DNA from: a virus
Virus record (IMG/VR): IMGVR_UViG_3300045988_082887
DNA: 58,395 nt
Direction: 5' to 3' (one strand)
The notes under the pieces: generated by a model
Databases searched by the model: none
The model's input: only the letters and a program-made list of their open reading frames with translations
What the model was told of the DNA's origin: nothing
Shown: piece after piece, positions 44,644 to 53,631 of the stretch
How positions within the stretch are numbered: position 1 is the first letter of the stretch
How the letters are laid out: each line of letters opens with the position of its first letter
Position numbers and translations under genes: made by a program

Positions 44644-45237
44644 ATGGATGAATATTTGTTAAGAACTGCAAAGGCATTGGAAATGGCACGAATGCGTTCC
44701 GGTCTGAGTCAGCAGAAATTGGCGGCACAGATGGGCGTTAATCGTGGCACGATTGCCAACTGGGAGCAAGGTCTTGCAGCCATCTCCCTGCCAATGGCTA
44801 TGCGCTGGTTCACCTGCTGCGGTGTATCGGTGGCTCGATACATGGACGCTTGCATTCATCCCGGATTGCTTGAGCATCTGGAGGACGACCTTTTCGGCAT
44901 GGAAAAGCGTCAGATTCTCATAGATGCCATGATGGAGTGTTCTTCCTACGAGATAGATGCCTTGTTGTATATGCGGTACGGAGATCACGGTTCAGACCAC
45001 ATTGGCGTACTGACGGAAATCCTGGCAAACCTCCACACACCGTTGAAGGACAGAGTCTCTGTTTGCCGGATGGTATCGGGCAGCTATGAAATAGCGCAGG
45101 CTACCGGGACAGACCCAGACCCGAACGGAACCGCCCCAAAGATGGAGATTCTCTATCAGGCGCAAGATGCCGGAACGGAAGCTGCTATGAAGTCCAACGA
45201 TTCTTATACCGTGAATCCGAATAATATAAGCGGCTGA
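44644..45237 (+). CDS. XRE-family HTH regulator with a C-terminal domain
   Basis: SGLSQQKLAAQMGVNRGTIANWEQG. Confidence 0.65.
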   Translation: MDEYLLRTAKALEMARMRSGLSQQKLAAQMGVNRGTIANWEQGLAAISLPMAMRWFTCCGVSVARYMDACIHPGLLEHLEDDLFGMEKRQILIDAMMECSSYEIDALLYMRYGDHGSDHIGVLTEILANLHTPLKDRVSVCRMVSGSYEIAQATGTDPDPNGTAPKMEILYQAQDAGTEAAMKSNDSYTVNPNNISG

Positions 45238-45548
45238 TTGTCGAATTATCGTTGTTTATGATGAACATCTTGTACACCTTTCAACGAATTGATTTCTACT
45301 TGTGATGCAAACACTTCTCTTGTTGTGCAAATAAATAACGTTAATACGTTATGTTATCGCTCACTATAGCAAAATTATATTTTGATTGTCAAAACAAAAA
45401 CCTATGCACATTGAGTACACCGTTGCGTAAAATTGACTTTCATTTTGATAAAATAAGAAAAAATTAGAGATTATGGAACTTCTTCTTTTGTTTAGTAGAA
45501 GATTATTTAACTCTTGTTTATAATCTTGTTTATATATAATGTAAGAAT

Positions 45549-45643
45549 GGGTACGAAATGTGCATGATGGGGTACGAGATGTGCATAAGCGTGTACGAGA
45601 TGTGCGTCAAATAAGGGGGTCTAGGTGTACAAGATGTGCATGA
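45549..45643 (+). repeat. Four iterons, core GTAC(G/A)A(A/G)ATGTGC(A/G)T
   Basis: GTAC starts at 45551, 45572, 45593 and 45627 (spacing 21, 21 and 34 nt), preceded by an AT-rich region at 45240..45548. Confidence 0.85.
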
Positions 45644-45685
45644 GCCAATATAAGTGAATAAAACTATTGACGTGTACACCATTAT

Positions 45686-46798
45686 GTGATAAAATTAGTG
45701 TACAGAGAAAGGAGATGTACACTATTGGCAGACCTTTATGAAAATAACTTGATCGAAAAAAGCAAGGCGCTTGTTTGGGCAGAGTTTAATGATTACACTG
45801 TTGGAGAGCTGCGGCTTTTGGAAGTGTATCTTAGCCGTATCAACCCTAGAGATGAAAAATCTAGTGAAGTCAAGTTTACCCTTTCGGAATATTGCGATTT
45901 GCTTGGACTGCGTGTTAATAGCAGGAACATCGAGAAGCAAATCGAACATTTTCTTGGCAACGTTGTGACGCTTCCTCTTAATGACGATGGAAGCGAGTAC
46001 AATATGTATACGCTTTTTACGAAAGCAAGCGTTACGATTGATAAGAACTTAGGAATGTACGTTGTTACTCTCTGTTGCAACCCTGAATTGAGAAGTGTAT
46101 TCTTTGATATTGCCAAGAGCGGTTATATCAAGTATAGACTTCGCTACACGGTAAAAATGAAATCGCAGTATAGCATTTTACTTTATTCGATGCTGCGAGA
46201 TATGATGAATCGCGGCGGAGACCATTTTGATATTAGCATCAATCGGCTTCGTTCACATCTCGGCGCAAATGCAGGATGCTATGAAAGTTTCAAGAACTTT
46301 AGACGGAGAGTTTTGGATGCAGCGGTTGAAGAAATCAATGATGTGTCCGACATTTATGTTACTTACGAAAAAATCTCGTTTGGAAACAAGGCGGTTGCGA
46401 TTTCTTTTGCCGCTAAGAAAAAAGATGAAAAGCCTGTCGCCGAATTAAAGGCGAAAGAATATAAAGAAGAACTTCCATTCGATGATGACATTCCTGTCGG
46501 CAAACCGAATAAAAAGGCTTACAGTGATGTAGATTGGGAGAATATAGCGCCAGACCTTGAGAAATCAGAGTGCATCGGCATTGCAAGAATGGTTGGGAAA
46601 AGAATGGCCGAGAGCTTCCCTACTATTAAGGCTCATAAGAAGAAAGCTGCCGTTGTAAACATTGTGAGTAATGCGTACAATAAAATTTTAAGAGACAAGA
46701 AGGAATGGCCTGATAACCCTGCTGGCTATCTTTACAGAGTTATCGAAAACTCTGACTTAGACGAGTTTTCGACTTTTGACGATAGCTTCTTGAAGTAG
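45686..46798 (+). CDS. Rep_3-family (RepB-like) plasmid replication initiator
   Basis: NNLIEKSKAL...TVGELRLLEVYLSRINP and two winged-helix-like halves, with iterons immediately upstream. The start is either the GTG at 45686 or the TTG at 45725. Confidence 0.75.
   Translation: MIKLVYRERRCTLLADLYENNLIEKSKALVWAEFNDYTVGELRLLEVYLSRINPRDEKSSEVKFTLSEYCDLLGLRVNSRNIEKQIEHFLGNVVTLPLNDDGSEYNMYTLFTKASVTIDKNLGMYVVTLCCNPELRSVFFDIAKSGYIKYRLRYTVKMKSQYSILLYSMLRDMMNRGGDHFDISINRLRSHLGANAGCYESFKNFRRRVLDAAVEEINDVSDIYVTYEKISFGNKAVAISFAAKKKDEKPVAELKAKEYKEELPFDDDIPVGKPNKKAYSDVDWENIAPDLEKSECIGIARMVGKRMAESFPTIKAHKKKAAVVNIVSNAYNKILRDKKEWPDNPAGYLYRVIENSDLDEFSTFDDSFLK
45698..45722. promoter_or_regulatory. Inverted repeat GTGTAC-N13-GTACAC spanning the rep RBS (candidate autoregulatory operator)
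   Basis: Read directly. It shares the GTAC core with the iterons. Confidence 0.45.
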
Positions 46799-46830
46799 TC
46801 ATACACAGTAAATAAAGAAAGAGTGATAAA

Positions 46831-47604
46831 ATGGCAAAAATCATAGCTATCGCCAACCAGAAGGGCGGCACAGGAAAGACTACCACAAGCACCTGTCTGG
46901 CTGGTGCATTGCAGTTGCTTGGCAAGAAGGTGTTGCTGGTGGACTGCGATGCACAGTGCAACGCAACGGACACCTACGGCGCACAGACAGAGGACGTGTG
47001 TACCCTGTTCGATGTAATGACCCAGCAGGGTACGGTAGAGGAAGGAATACAGCACTGCGAAGCCGGTGACATTCTGCCGTCAGACAATGCATTGAAGGAC
47101 ATTGACGAGCAGCTTGTTCGGGACATTGGTAAGAACTTCCGGCTGCGAGAAGCACTGGAATCCGTGTCTGCACAGTACGATTACATTGTTTTGGACACTC
47201 CCCCGCAGCTCGGTCTTGCGCTTGTAAACGCTCTGATCGCTGCCAACAGCATCATCGTACCCATCACAGCAGACCGCTATGCGCTTGCCGGACTGAGCCA
47301 GCTTTCGCAGACCATTGGTGACGTTCGTAGATACTTCAACCCAACTTTGAAAATTGAAGGTCTACTTCTGAACCAGTACAAGAGCCGTGAGAACCTGTCC
47401 AAAGAGGTCGTAGAGCAGCTCCCTGTGATTGCACAAAGCATGGGAACAAGGCTGCTTGACGTGAAGATTAGACCGTCTATGGGCGTTCGTAAAGCGCAGG
47501 CAGAGCGGCACAGCCTGTTTAGCGGTGACACGGCAAAGAGTACCAGCGCAGAGGATTTCAAGGCGTTGGCGCAAAAAATTGTAGAGGGGGATAAAAATGA
47601 ATGA
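46831..47604 (+). CDS. parA: ParA/Soj-type partition ATPase
   Basis: Deviant Walker A motif IAIANQKGGTGKTTT and the LVDCDAQ motif. Confidence 0.9.
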   Translation: MAKIIAIANQKGGTGKTTTSTCLAGALQLLGKKVLLVDCDAQCNATDTYGAQTEDVCTLFDVMTQQGTVEEGIQHCEAGDILPSDNALKDIDEQLVRDIGKNFRLREALESVSAQYDYIVLDTPPQLGLALVNALIAANSIIVPITADRYALAGLSQLSQTIGDVRRYFNPTLKIEGLLLNQYKSRENLSKEVVEQLPVIAQSMGTRLLDVKIRPSMGVRKAQAERHSLFSGDTAKSTSAEDFKALAQKIVEGDKNE

Positions 47605-47995
47605 TATATACCCGCACCTTGTAGAAATGACGTGCATCGAAGATATAAGACGGGTTTATTTCTTAGATCTTGGTGTTTCATTTAATGAATTGTCGGATGA
47701 AGAAAAAGAGCTTGCATATAATTCTCAGCAATACCTCGCTAAAAAATACTGTGAAAAACTGAAAGAAAAGCTTTCCGAGAATCAGTGGGCGCAGTCGAAG
47801 CGCAAACTTCCAAATGAATCAAACAAATACGTTATTGGATTTAGTGAAGACGAATACGATGTAGAAATCGTAAGATACGAAAGAGGTCTTAAAAAGTGGA
47901 TAGGCAAAGATGGGAAATTGCACAACATTACACATTGGAAGTCTTTACCGGCTGTACCAGACCTCGAAGATGAAGATTGGGAGGAAGAGGAATGA
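47597..47995 (+). CDS. Hypothetical protein with a DUF551-like C-terminus and an acidic tail
   Basis: ITHWKSLPAVP. Overlaps the parA stop by 8 nt. Confidence 0.5.
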   Translation: MNDIYPHLVEMTCIEDIRRVYFLDLGVSFNELSDEEKELAYNSQQYLAKKYCEKLKEKLSENQWAQSKRKLPNESNKYVIGFSEDEYDVEIVRYERGLKKWIGKDGKLHNITHWKSLPAVPDLEDEDWEEEE

Positions 47996-48564
47996 AATCA
48001 ACCAGCAAAAAATCCACAGGCTTGCTTGGCGGGTTTGATTTCCAGCCTATTTTTTCGGAACAGACATTAAGCCGAAGTGAGCCAAAGGAAGAAGAAGTAA
48101 GCCAAGCAAAGCCGAACGAAGCCGAACAAGCACAGATTAAGCCAAGTGAAGCTACAGACAGCCGTACACAGCCTAATGAAGCACAGTTAAGCAGTATTAA
48201 GCCGAAGCAAGCCAAAGACAGCGAAACGCAGCCGAACAATGCCGTAGTAAGCGAAAGCAAGCCGAAGAAGCTGAAACAGGCGAAAGAAGTTCAACGTCTT
48301 ATCGAACAAGGCGATGTTCCCGGCGCACTAGCCGAAGCTGGCCTGACAAAGAAAAAAATCCCGATGCCGGAATCGCATCAGGGCGTTGCAAGCGGTGACG
48401 GTAAACGTTCTAAGCGCATTACCATCCTTATGAGTGAGGAAGAACGCAAGTACATCAACCGTGAAGCCAGACGGCACGGAATGACTATTGGACAGTTCGT
48501 GTACGCTCTGGCAGTTGCGGCGGCAGAGGGTAAGATTGAACTGGAGGATTTCTTAGATGAATGA
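47992..48564 (+). CDS. RHH DNA-binding protein with a repetitive N-terminal region (candidate centromere-binding ParG-like partner)
   Basis: C-terminal RITILMSEEERKYINREARRHGMTIGQFV is an RHH. The N-terminus carries KP(N/S)EA-type repeats. ATGA overlap with the upstream gene. Confidence 0.55.
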   Translation: MKSTSKKSTGLLGGFDFQPIFSEQTLSRSEPKEEEVSQAKPNEAEQAQIKPSEATDSRTQPNEAQLSSIKPKQAKDSETQPNNAVVSESKPKKLKQAKEVQRLIEQGDVPGALAEAGLTKKKIPMPESHQGVASGDGKRSKRITILMSEEERKYINREARRHGMTIGQFVYALAVAAAEGKIELEDFLDE

Positions 48565-49438
48565 TAGTGAACGACACCTTATTCGATTTGTTTGCGATGG
48601 TGATATGCGAAACGCGCAAAAAGCTGTTAAAATCATTTTGAATTCCATATCATCCAAAAAAGATGAGCAGTTCAAAGAAAATATGTTTCGCAAGTTGGAA
48701 AGCAAAAGAGAATTTATTGAATTGCCATATAACTTACAGCATCTTTTGATTGCAGAGAATACAGAAGAATTTCCGGAAGCAAGATTCCTTCTTAGGAACG
48801 AAGAAAAAAGTATAACGCAGAAAACTGTTGCCATTTATCGAGCATCTGAAAAATTAAATGAAATGGGCATTCCTTACTTGCCAGCATTGATGCTTTATGG
48901 GAAAAGCGGATGCGGAAAAACCATGCTGGCTAGGTATATTGCGCATAAAGCAAAACTTCCGTTTTTGAGGATTCAATTTTCAAGTCTAGTTGATTCGCAC
49001 TTAGGGCAAACTCAATCTAACCTTGCGAGAATTTTTGATTATGTGAAAACCGCTCCTTGCGTTCTTTGTTTTGATGAAATAGATGCGGTCGGAATGGCTC
49101 GTGGGCAAAAAGATGACGTTGGGGAAATGAACCGTGTGGTTATTGCGATTATGCAAGAAATGGATAGATTGCCGAACAATGTCATCATTATCGGAACGAC
49201 AAACCGATTTGATAGGATTGACCCTGCGCTTACAAGAAGATTTCCGTTGCAATACGAATTAAAGCCGTTGTGCCGTGCGGATGCAGAAATACTTTCCAAA
49301 AGGTTCTTTGAATATGCAGGAGCACAATATGAAAACATAGCTTATGAAGATCACGTCCCCGCATCTACGGTTATCAAAGAATGTACAGAACGAATTGTAA
49401 ATCAAGTTCTGAATCAAGAGGACTTCTTGGAGGATTGA
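48557..49438 (+). CDS. AAA+ ATPase (classic clade)
   Basis: Walker A LYGKSGCGKT, Walker B LCFDEID, and IIGTTNRFDRIDPALTRRF (second region of homology). Confidence 0.8.
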   Translation: MNDSERHLIRFVCDGDMRNAQKAVKIILNSISSKKDEQFKENMFRKLESKREFIELPYNLQHLLIAENTEEFPEARFLLRNEEKSITQKTVAIYRASEKLNEMGIPYLPALMLYGKSGCGKTMLARYIAHKAKLPFLRIQFSSLVDSHLGQTQSNLARIFDYVKTAPCVLCFDEIDAVGMARGQKDDVGEMNRVVIAIMQEMDRLPNNVIIIGTTNRFDRIDPALTRRFPLQYELKPLCRADAEILSKRFFEYAGAQYENIAYEDHVPASTVIKECTERIVNQVLNQEDFLED

Positions 49439-49466
49439 CGATAAAAGTTAAGATTTAGGAGAAAAT

Positions 49467-49688
49467 ATGTGGGTCAGTATTATTGACGAACCAATTCCAG
49501 AATACTTCAAAAACGGGAGATCGTATCTTTTGAGTTTATATTTTCATAAACGTTATGGGTATGAGATTAAGAAAGAAACGGATGTTGTTATTGTATTTTG
49601 GGATAATTCATGCGGTTGTTTTCGTGAGACCACAACAAAGCTGGAAATTGATTCGAGAGATATTTCAGAATGGTGGGAAGACATTTGA
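49467..49688 (+). CDS. Hypothetical protein (73 aa)
   Basis: AGGAGAAAAT RBS. Confidence 0.5.
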   Translation: MWVSIIDEPIPEYFKNGRSYLLSLYFHKRYGYEIKKETDVVIVFWDNSCGCFRETTTKLEIDSRDISEWWEDI

Positions 49689-49716
49689 TAAAAGCTGAGA
49701 TTTAAGGAGAATGCCT

Positions 49717-50061
49717 ATGAGAATAAAAGTTGGAGATAGAGTTTACGATAAAGTATCTCAACGATACGGTATCGTGAAAAAATTTGTTGGCAAAGATTTT
49801 GTTGGAATGTTCTACGTAAAAGTCGACTGTTCCGAGGAAAGCGAATGGCGATTTCCAGAAGATATTGAATTGGCAGATTCTTCAGAAAAAGATAGCCATG
49901 ATTCTAATTCTATGAAAATAATCTATTGCAAGGATTGTGAACTTTGGAATACATGGGACAAGCAAGGAGAATTGTGCAGCTGCGCTCATTTTACTCTTGA
50001 TAATTCTAATGCTGTATATACCAAGCCAGAGGATTTTTGTAGTTATGCAGAACAACGATAA
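49717..50061 (+). CDS. Hypothetical protein
   Basis: The ATG at 49717 lies 6 nt after AAGGAGA. Confidence 0.5.
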   Translation: MRIKVGDRVYDKVSQRYGIVKKFVGKDFVGMFYVKVDCSEESEWRFPEDIELADSSEKDSHDSNSMKIIYCKDCELWNTWDKQGELCSCAHFTLDNSNAVYTKPEDFCSYAEQR

Positions 50062-50091
50062 AAACTAAGTTCTAAAGTTAAAATAGCAGAA

Positions 50092-50131
50092 CCCCTGTGC
50101 GGTCATTGTGACTACACAGGGGCTCTTTTTT
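50092..50131. terminator. Bidirectional rho-independent terminator
   Basis: CCCCTGTG-15 nt-CACAGGGG followed by CTCTTTTTT, between convergent operons. Confidence 0.8.
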
Positions 50132-50768
50132 ACTTATCAGCAATGCAATCCCAGTAGAGATACGCCTTGCCGTCCACAGCGTCCGTGTCATCAAAGAACG
50201 CCTTCGCCATGTCAGCGTAGAAGCCCGGAGTGTCAACGGACTGGCGCTTTGCGACTTGACAATAATCCGAGTACATCATGTTCATGACAGCCCAGAAATC
50301 GTTCGGGTCACAGGTGATATTGCGCTGTTTGGCAACGTCCTGTGTCTGTTCCAGCGTCCAGTGACAGCCCTTCGTGCCGTCAGCATTTACCATGCTGTCG
50401 CACCATTCCTCTGCTTCATCGTGGGTGAGGTGCTTGCGTGGCATCTTGATGGAGCGGCTGTCCGCACCGCCATGCTCATACTGCCCAGACCGCTTGTCCC
50501 AGTCTCCGTTCTGCGAGAAGCCAATCTGCGGCATCTTGCGCCCATATTCAACGTCAGGGTAGCGGGGGATAGGGTAGGGGTCGATGTAACGGTTCTCCTC
50601 CTGCGGATAGTAAGGATAGCGGTCATTGCCATCTTCCAGCTTGCGCAGACGGCGTTCCAGCTCACGTTCCCTGCGGTCACGTTCTTCCTCAAGGCGGTCA
50701 CGTTCCGGCTCACGGTCTTTATCGTGGTCGCGGAGCATCATCATGCGGCGAAAATTAGTCTTGCCCAT
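50130..50768 (-). CDS. Hypothetical protein with a charged RE-rich N-terminus
   Basis: 212-aa ORF, last gene of the late transcript. Confidence 0.55.
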   Translation of the reverse strand: MGKTNFRRMMMLRDHDKDREPERDRLEEERDRRERELERRLRKLEDGNDRYPYYPQEENRYIDPYPIPRYPDVEYGRKMPQIGFSQNGDWDKRSGQYEHGGADSRSIKMPRKHLTHDEAEEWCDSMVNADGTKGCHWTLEQTQDVAKQRNITCDPNDFWAVMNMMYSDYCQVAKRQSVDTPGFYADMAKAFFDDTDAVDGKAYLYWDCIADK

Positions 50769-50782
50769 AATCTAATACCTCC

Positions 50783-51154
50783 TCAAGAAATGGACGCAGG
50801 CGCACCGGCGTGGGAACGGCAGAAGCAGCCAAGATATTTGAACGTGCCTGTGCCGGTAGCGGACGTTGCCACACGAGTAGCATAGCGGGTGCGGGTGTGG
50901 ATGCTCTCGGCGGTCGCCTGAGCGCAGTTGCAGTCGGTCAGAGGGTATGCGGTCGTGCCTGCACCTATGGTAATGACCACAGGGGCGTTGATGGTAGTCG
51001 TGTCCGGCAAGCTCTGAGCAACCACGATACAATACTTCTCTCCGTTCTGGTATGCGCCAGCAGGGATATTGATGGTCAGCGTGTCGTTGGCAAACGTGAC
51101 CGCCTGACTGATGACCAAGTGCGGGCAGAGTTTGCAGCTTGTTTTGCAAGCCAT
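50783..51154 (-). CDS. Cys-rich hypothetical protein
   Basis: MACKTSCKLCP..., DCNCAQ, LGCFC. Confidence 0.55.
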   Translation of the reverse strand: MACKTSCKLCPHLVISQAVTFANDTLTINIPAGAYQNGEKYCIVVAQSLPDTTTINAPVVITIGAGTTAYPLTDCNCAQATAESIHTRTRYATRVATSATGTGTFKYLGCFCRSHAGAPASIS

Positions 51155-51239
51155 AGTATTTTCCTCCTAAAAAATCAGGGACAGAGGTGTCTTACCCCTG
51201 CCCCGATGGTTCACCCGGTGTTATCGGGGAGTGTGTAGG

Positions 51240-52112
51240 TTAGCAGCAGCCGCAGCAGTTCACGCCCACGTTGGGGTTTGCCACCTGATAAGCGGGAATC
51301 GGACGAGGATTGACCCGATTCAGGATGGTGTCGGTCTGGGCGCTCATCGCGGTGGTCAGAAGTGCATTCTGCCGATCCTGAGAAGCGGCGAACTTCAGGC
51401 TCTGGTTCTCAGCGGTCAGAGTGGCAATCTTATCCTGCGTGAAGTAGTCCATCATGCTGCGGAAGTTGGCGTTGCAGTTGTCCACGATGGCGCGGGCATT
51501 GTCTGCGATAGCCTGACGGGTAGCGCAGTCCTGCTGCGCAATGGTGTACTTCAGGTCGCCGATGAGCTGCTTGTTCTCGCAGCAGCAAGATGCCAGCTGC
51601 GTGGAAAGTGCGGTCTGACCCGCCTGCCGTGCGTTGCCCTCCTGCATGATGGCGAGGCTGATGGCGTTGTCGCCGTTGGACACGCTGCGTTCCAGACCGT
51701 TCACGAGCTGCGCGTTCTGGTAGCCGAGCTGACAGATGGCGCTGTTCACGCCCGCAAAGCCGTTTGCGATGTTGGCGTTGACGCCGTTCATCTGCACCAG
51801 CTGGTCATAGCCCAGAGAGCAGATGCCGCTCTGGATGCCAGCCAGAGAACGGGAAGTGTCCTGCTGGTAGAAGCCCTCCGACAGCGCCGCGCGAGTATCT
51901 GCGCCGCCCTGACCAGTTGCGCCAGTGCCGACCAGATAGGGGATGTAGCTGTTCATGCCGTTGTCACCACCGTTTCGACCGTAGCCGTTTGTACCCCAGC
52001 CGAAGATGATGGCGAGGATGATAACCGCCCACAGACCTTCGTTGCCGAAAAATCCGCCGTTGTTATTGCCGCCGTCCTGCCCAGCCAGATAGCCAGTTGC
52101 AAAATCGTCCAT
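51240..52112 (-). CDS. Membrane-anchored Cys-rich protein ending in CCGCC
   Basis: Gly/Asn-rich N-terminus, one TM segment, the repeated motif C(S/Q)LGY, then CCCENK and a C-terminal GVNCCGCC. Confidence 0.55.
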   Translation of the reverse strand: MDDFATGYLAGQDGGNNNGGFFGNEGLWAVIILAIIFGWGTNGYGRNGGDNGMNSYIPYLVGTGATGQGGADTRAALSEGFYQQDTSRSLAGIQSGICSLGYDQLVQMNGVNANIANGFAGVNSAICQLGYQNAQLVNGLERSVSNGDNAISLAIMQEGNARQAGQTALSTQLASCCCENKQLIGDLKYTIAQQDCATRQAIADNARAIVDNCNANFRSMMDYFTQDKIATLTAENQSLKFAASQDRQNALLTTAMSAQTDTILNRVNPRPIPAYQVANPNVGVNCCGCC

Positions 52113-52234
52113 AACAAAACTCCTTTCAGTTTTGCGTTATGCCATCCCACCGCCGTGTGCGGTGGGCGAAGCCAAATAAAAGCGGTTTTTATCAAGTCCG
52201 CAAAACTGAGAAGCGTTTCGCTTAGAGGGATGCT

Positions 52235-52486
52235 TTACCGGGGCAGCGTCAGGTTCAGAGCACTTGCCAGTTGGTTCAGGTCGATGCCGCGCTCTTTGGC
52301 GAGGTTCTGTGCCATTGTCCTGAGCTGCGTTTCGTTTTTGCCCTGAATCAGGTTCAAGCCCTGCATGATGGGGGCATTCTGCCCGCTCAACTGCTGGATA
52401 AGCCCCATAGGGTTCTGCCCGGCACGAGCCAGATTTGCAAGCTGCATGATAGGGCTGTGAGTAATCATATCAAACGGAGATGGCAT
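52235..52486 (-). CDS. Hypothetical protein (83 aa)
   Basis: ORF within the operon. Confidence 0.5.
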   Translation of the reverse strand: MPSPFDMITHSPIMQLANLARAGQNPMGLIQQLSGQNAPIMQGLNLIQGKNETQLRTMAQNLAKERGIDLNQLASALNLTLPR

Positions 52487-52489
52487 TGC

Positions 52490-53008
52490 TTATTCTCCTT
52501 TCTTTGCTGCGGCAGCGGGTTTAGAAAAGCTCTTCTGCCACTTTTCCAGTTCATCCAGCCTGTGGACGAGAGTGTTATACTCTTCAACAGGCACATACTG
52601 CTGTGTCGGTGCAGCGGTCTGCTGTGCCTGTTGCGCTTGCATCTGCCGCCACGCTTCCGGGCTGTAGAACTCCTGCACATAGGATTCGCAGGTGTCAGGG
52701 TTCAGCCGCTTGCAGTAGATCACGCCACTGCGCAGGTCGGGGCAGTAGGTCGGTCTGCCATACAGGTCAGACGGTATCGCCAAAAACTCTTCCCTGCTGG
52801 AAACAGGCCTGCCCAGCAGCCAACCGCCGTCCTGCACCGACTGCTGAACAGGCTGCTGCCCATTCATCGGCTGCGGACGCTGCTGCTGTGCCTGCTGCAT
52901 CTGTGTGTTCGGCAGGGGAGCGGCAAGCCCTACCGTACCCATGCCGCCGTAAAGATTGACAGGCTGCTGTGGAACGTAGGGCGTTCCGGGTGTCTGGTAA
53001 TAGCTCAT
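52490..53008 (-). CDS. Gln/Pro-rich hypothetical protein
   Basis: 172-aa ORF with the RBS AGGAGGGATG. Confidence 0.55.
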   Translation of the reverse strand: MSYYQTPGTPYVPQQPVNLYGGMGTVGLAAPLPNTQMQQAQQQRPQPMNGQQPVQQSVQDGGWLLGRPVSSREEFLAIPSDLYGRPTYCPDLRSGVIYCKRLNPDTCESYVQEFYSPEAWRQMQAQQAQQTAAPTQQYVPVEEYNTLVHRLDELEKWQKSFSKPAAAAKKGE

Positions 53009-53134
53009 AATACATCCCTCCTATTGCGCTCAGTGTACCGCACTGGCAAAAAACGAGAGACAACGAACGCACAACGAAGGGCAAAAAAGAAAAGCGCCCA
53101 CACGGAAAAATCCGCATGAGCGCTTAAAGAGTGC

Positions 53135-53290
53135 TTATCGAAGTATCAAATACCCTAAGAACAAAAGAATGCCAGCATTACGAATGCAAGCCTTTTGTGC
53201 GTGTTCAACTTTCGGAGAGAGAACAAATCCAATATTGATAGCTTGCAGAATAATTCCGAACAGTCCAAATGCCATTGCAACAAGTCGCAT
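53135..53290 (-). CDS. 51-aa two-TM membrane peptide
   Basis: The ATG at 53290 follows GAAAGGAA. Sequence MRLVAMAFGLFGIILQAINIGFVL...ILLFLGYLILR. Confidence 0.5.
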   Translation of the reverse strand: MRLVAMAFGLFGIILQAINIGFVLSPKVEHAQKACIRNAGILLFLGYLILR

Positions 53291-53631
53291 TATTTCGTTC
53301 CTTTCTGAAAAATCCCCCACTTTGCCTACAACGTACCCCGCATGGAACGCAGAGCTTCGACAAAGCAAGGGAGTTTTTTTGTAAAATCAAGAGCGGAAAT
53401 GCCCACAGGCAATGCCGCTCTCTACAAATGCCATAGCCTTTCAAGTCTAAAGGCGTCTCCCGCATGGTACGCACTGTAAGTAGGCGGGCGGGAGACTGTT
53501 CAGCGCCGAATCTGTCGACTGCTTTTTTCATTCCAAGATAAAGCACTGGGCTAGCTGGCAAATATCCACCCTAATGCGCTTCTTCGAGAGGCCGGGTAAA
53601 TTTGTTGATGTTATTATACCACAAATCGTGC

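Noticed and set aside
53540-53560. ATTAGGGTGG in the leader as a T-box motif
   Set aside because: It matches only part of the T-box consensus, lies at the 5' end rather than in an antiterminator, and there is no specifier-loop context.
53205-53561. 118-aa minus-strand ORF in the leader region
   Set aside because: It overlaps the well-placed 51-aa membrane peptide gene in another frame, has no RBS, and consists of Cys/Arg-rich junk-like sequence.
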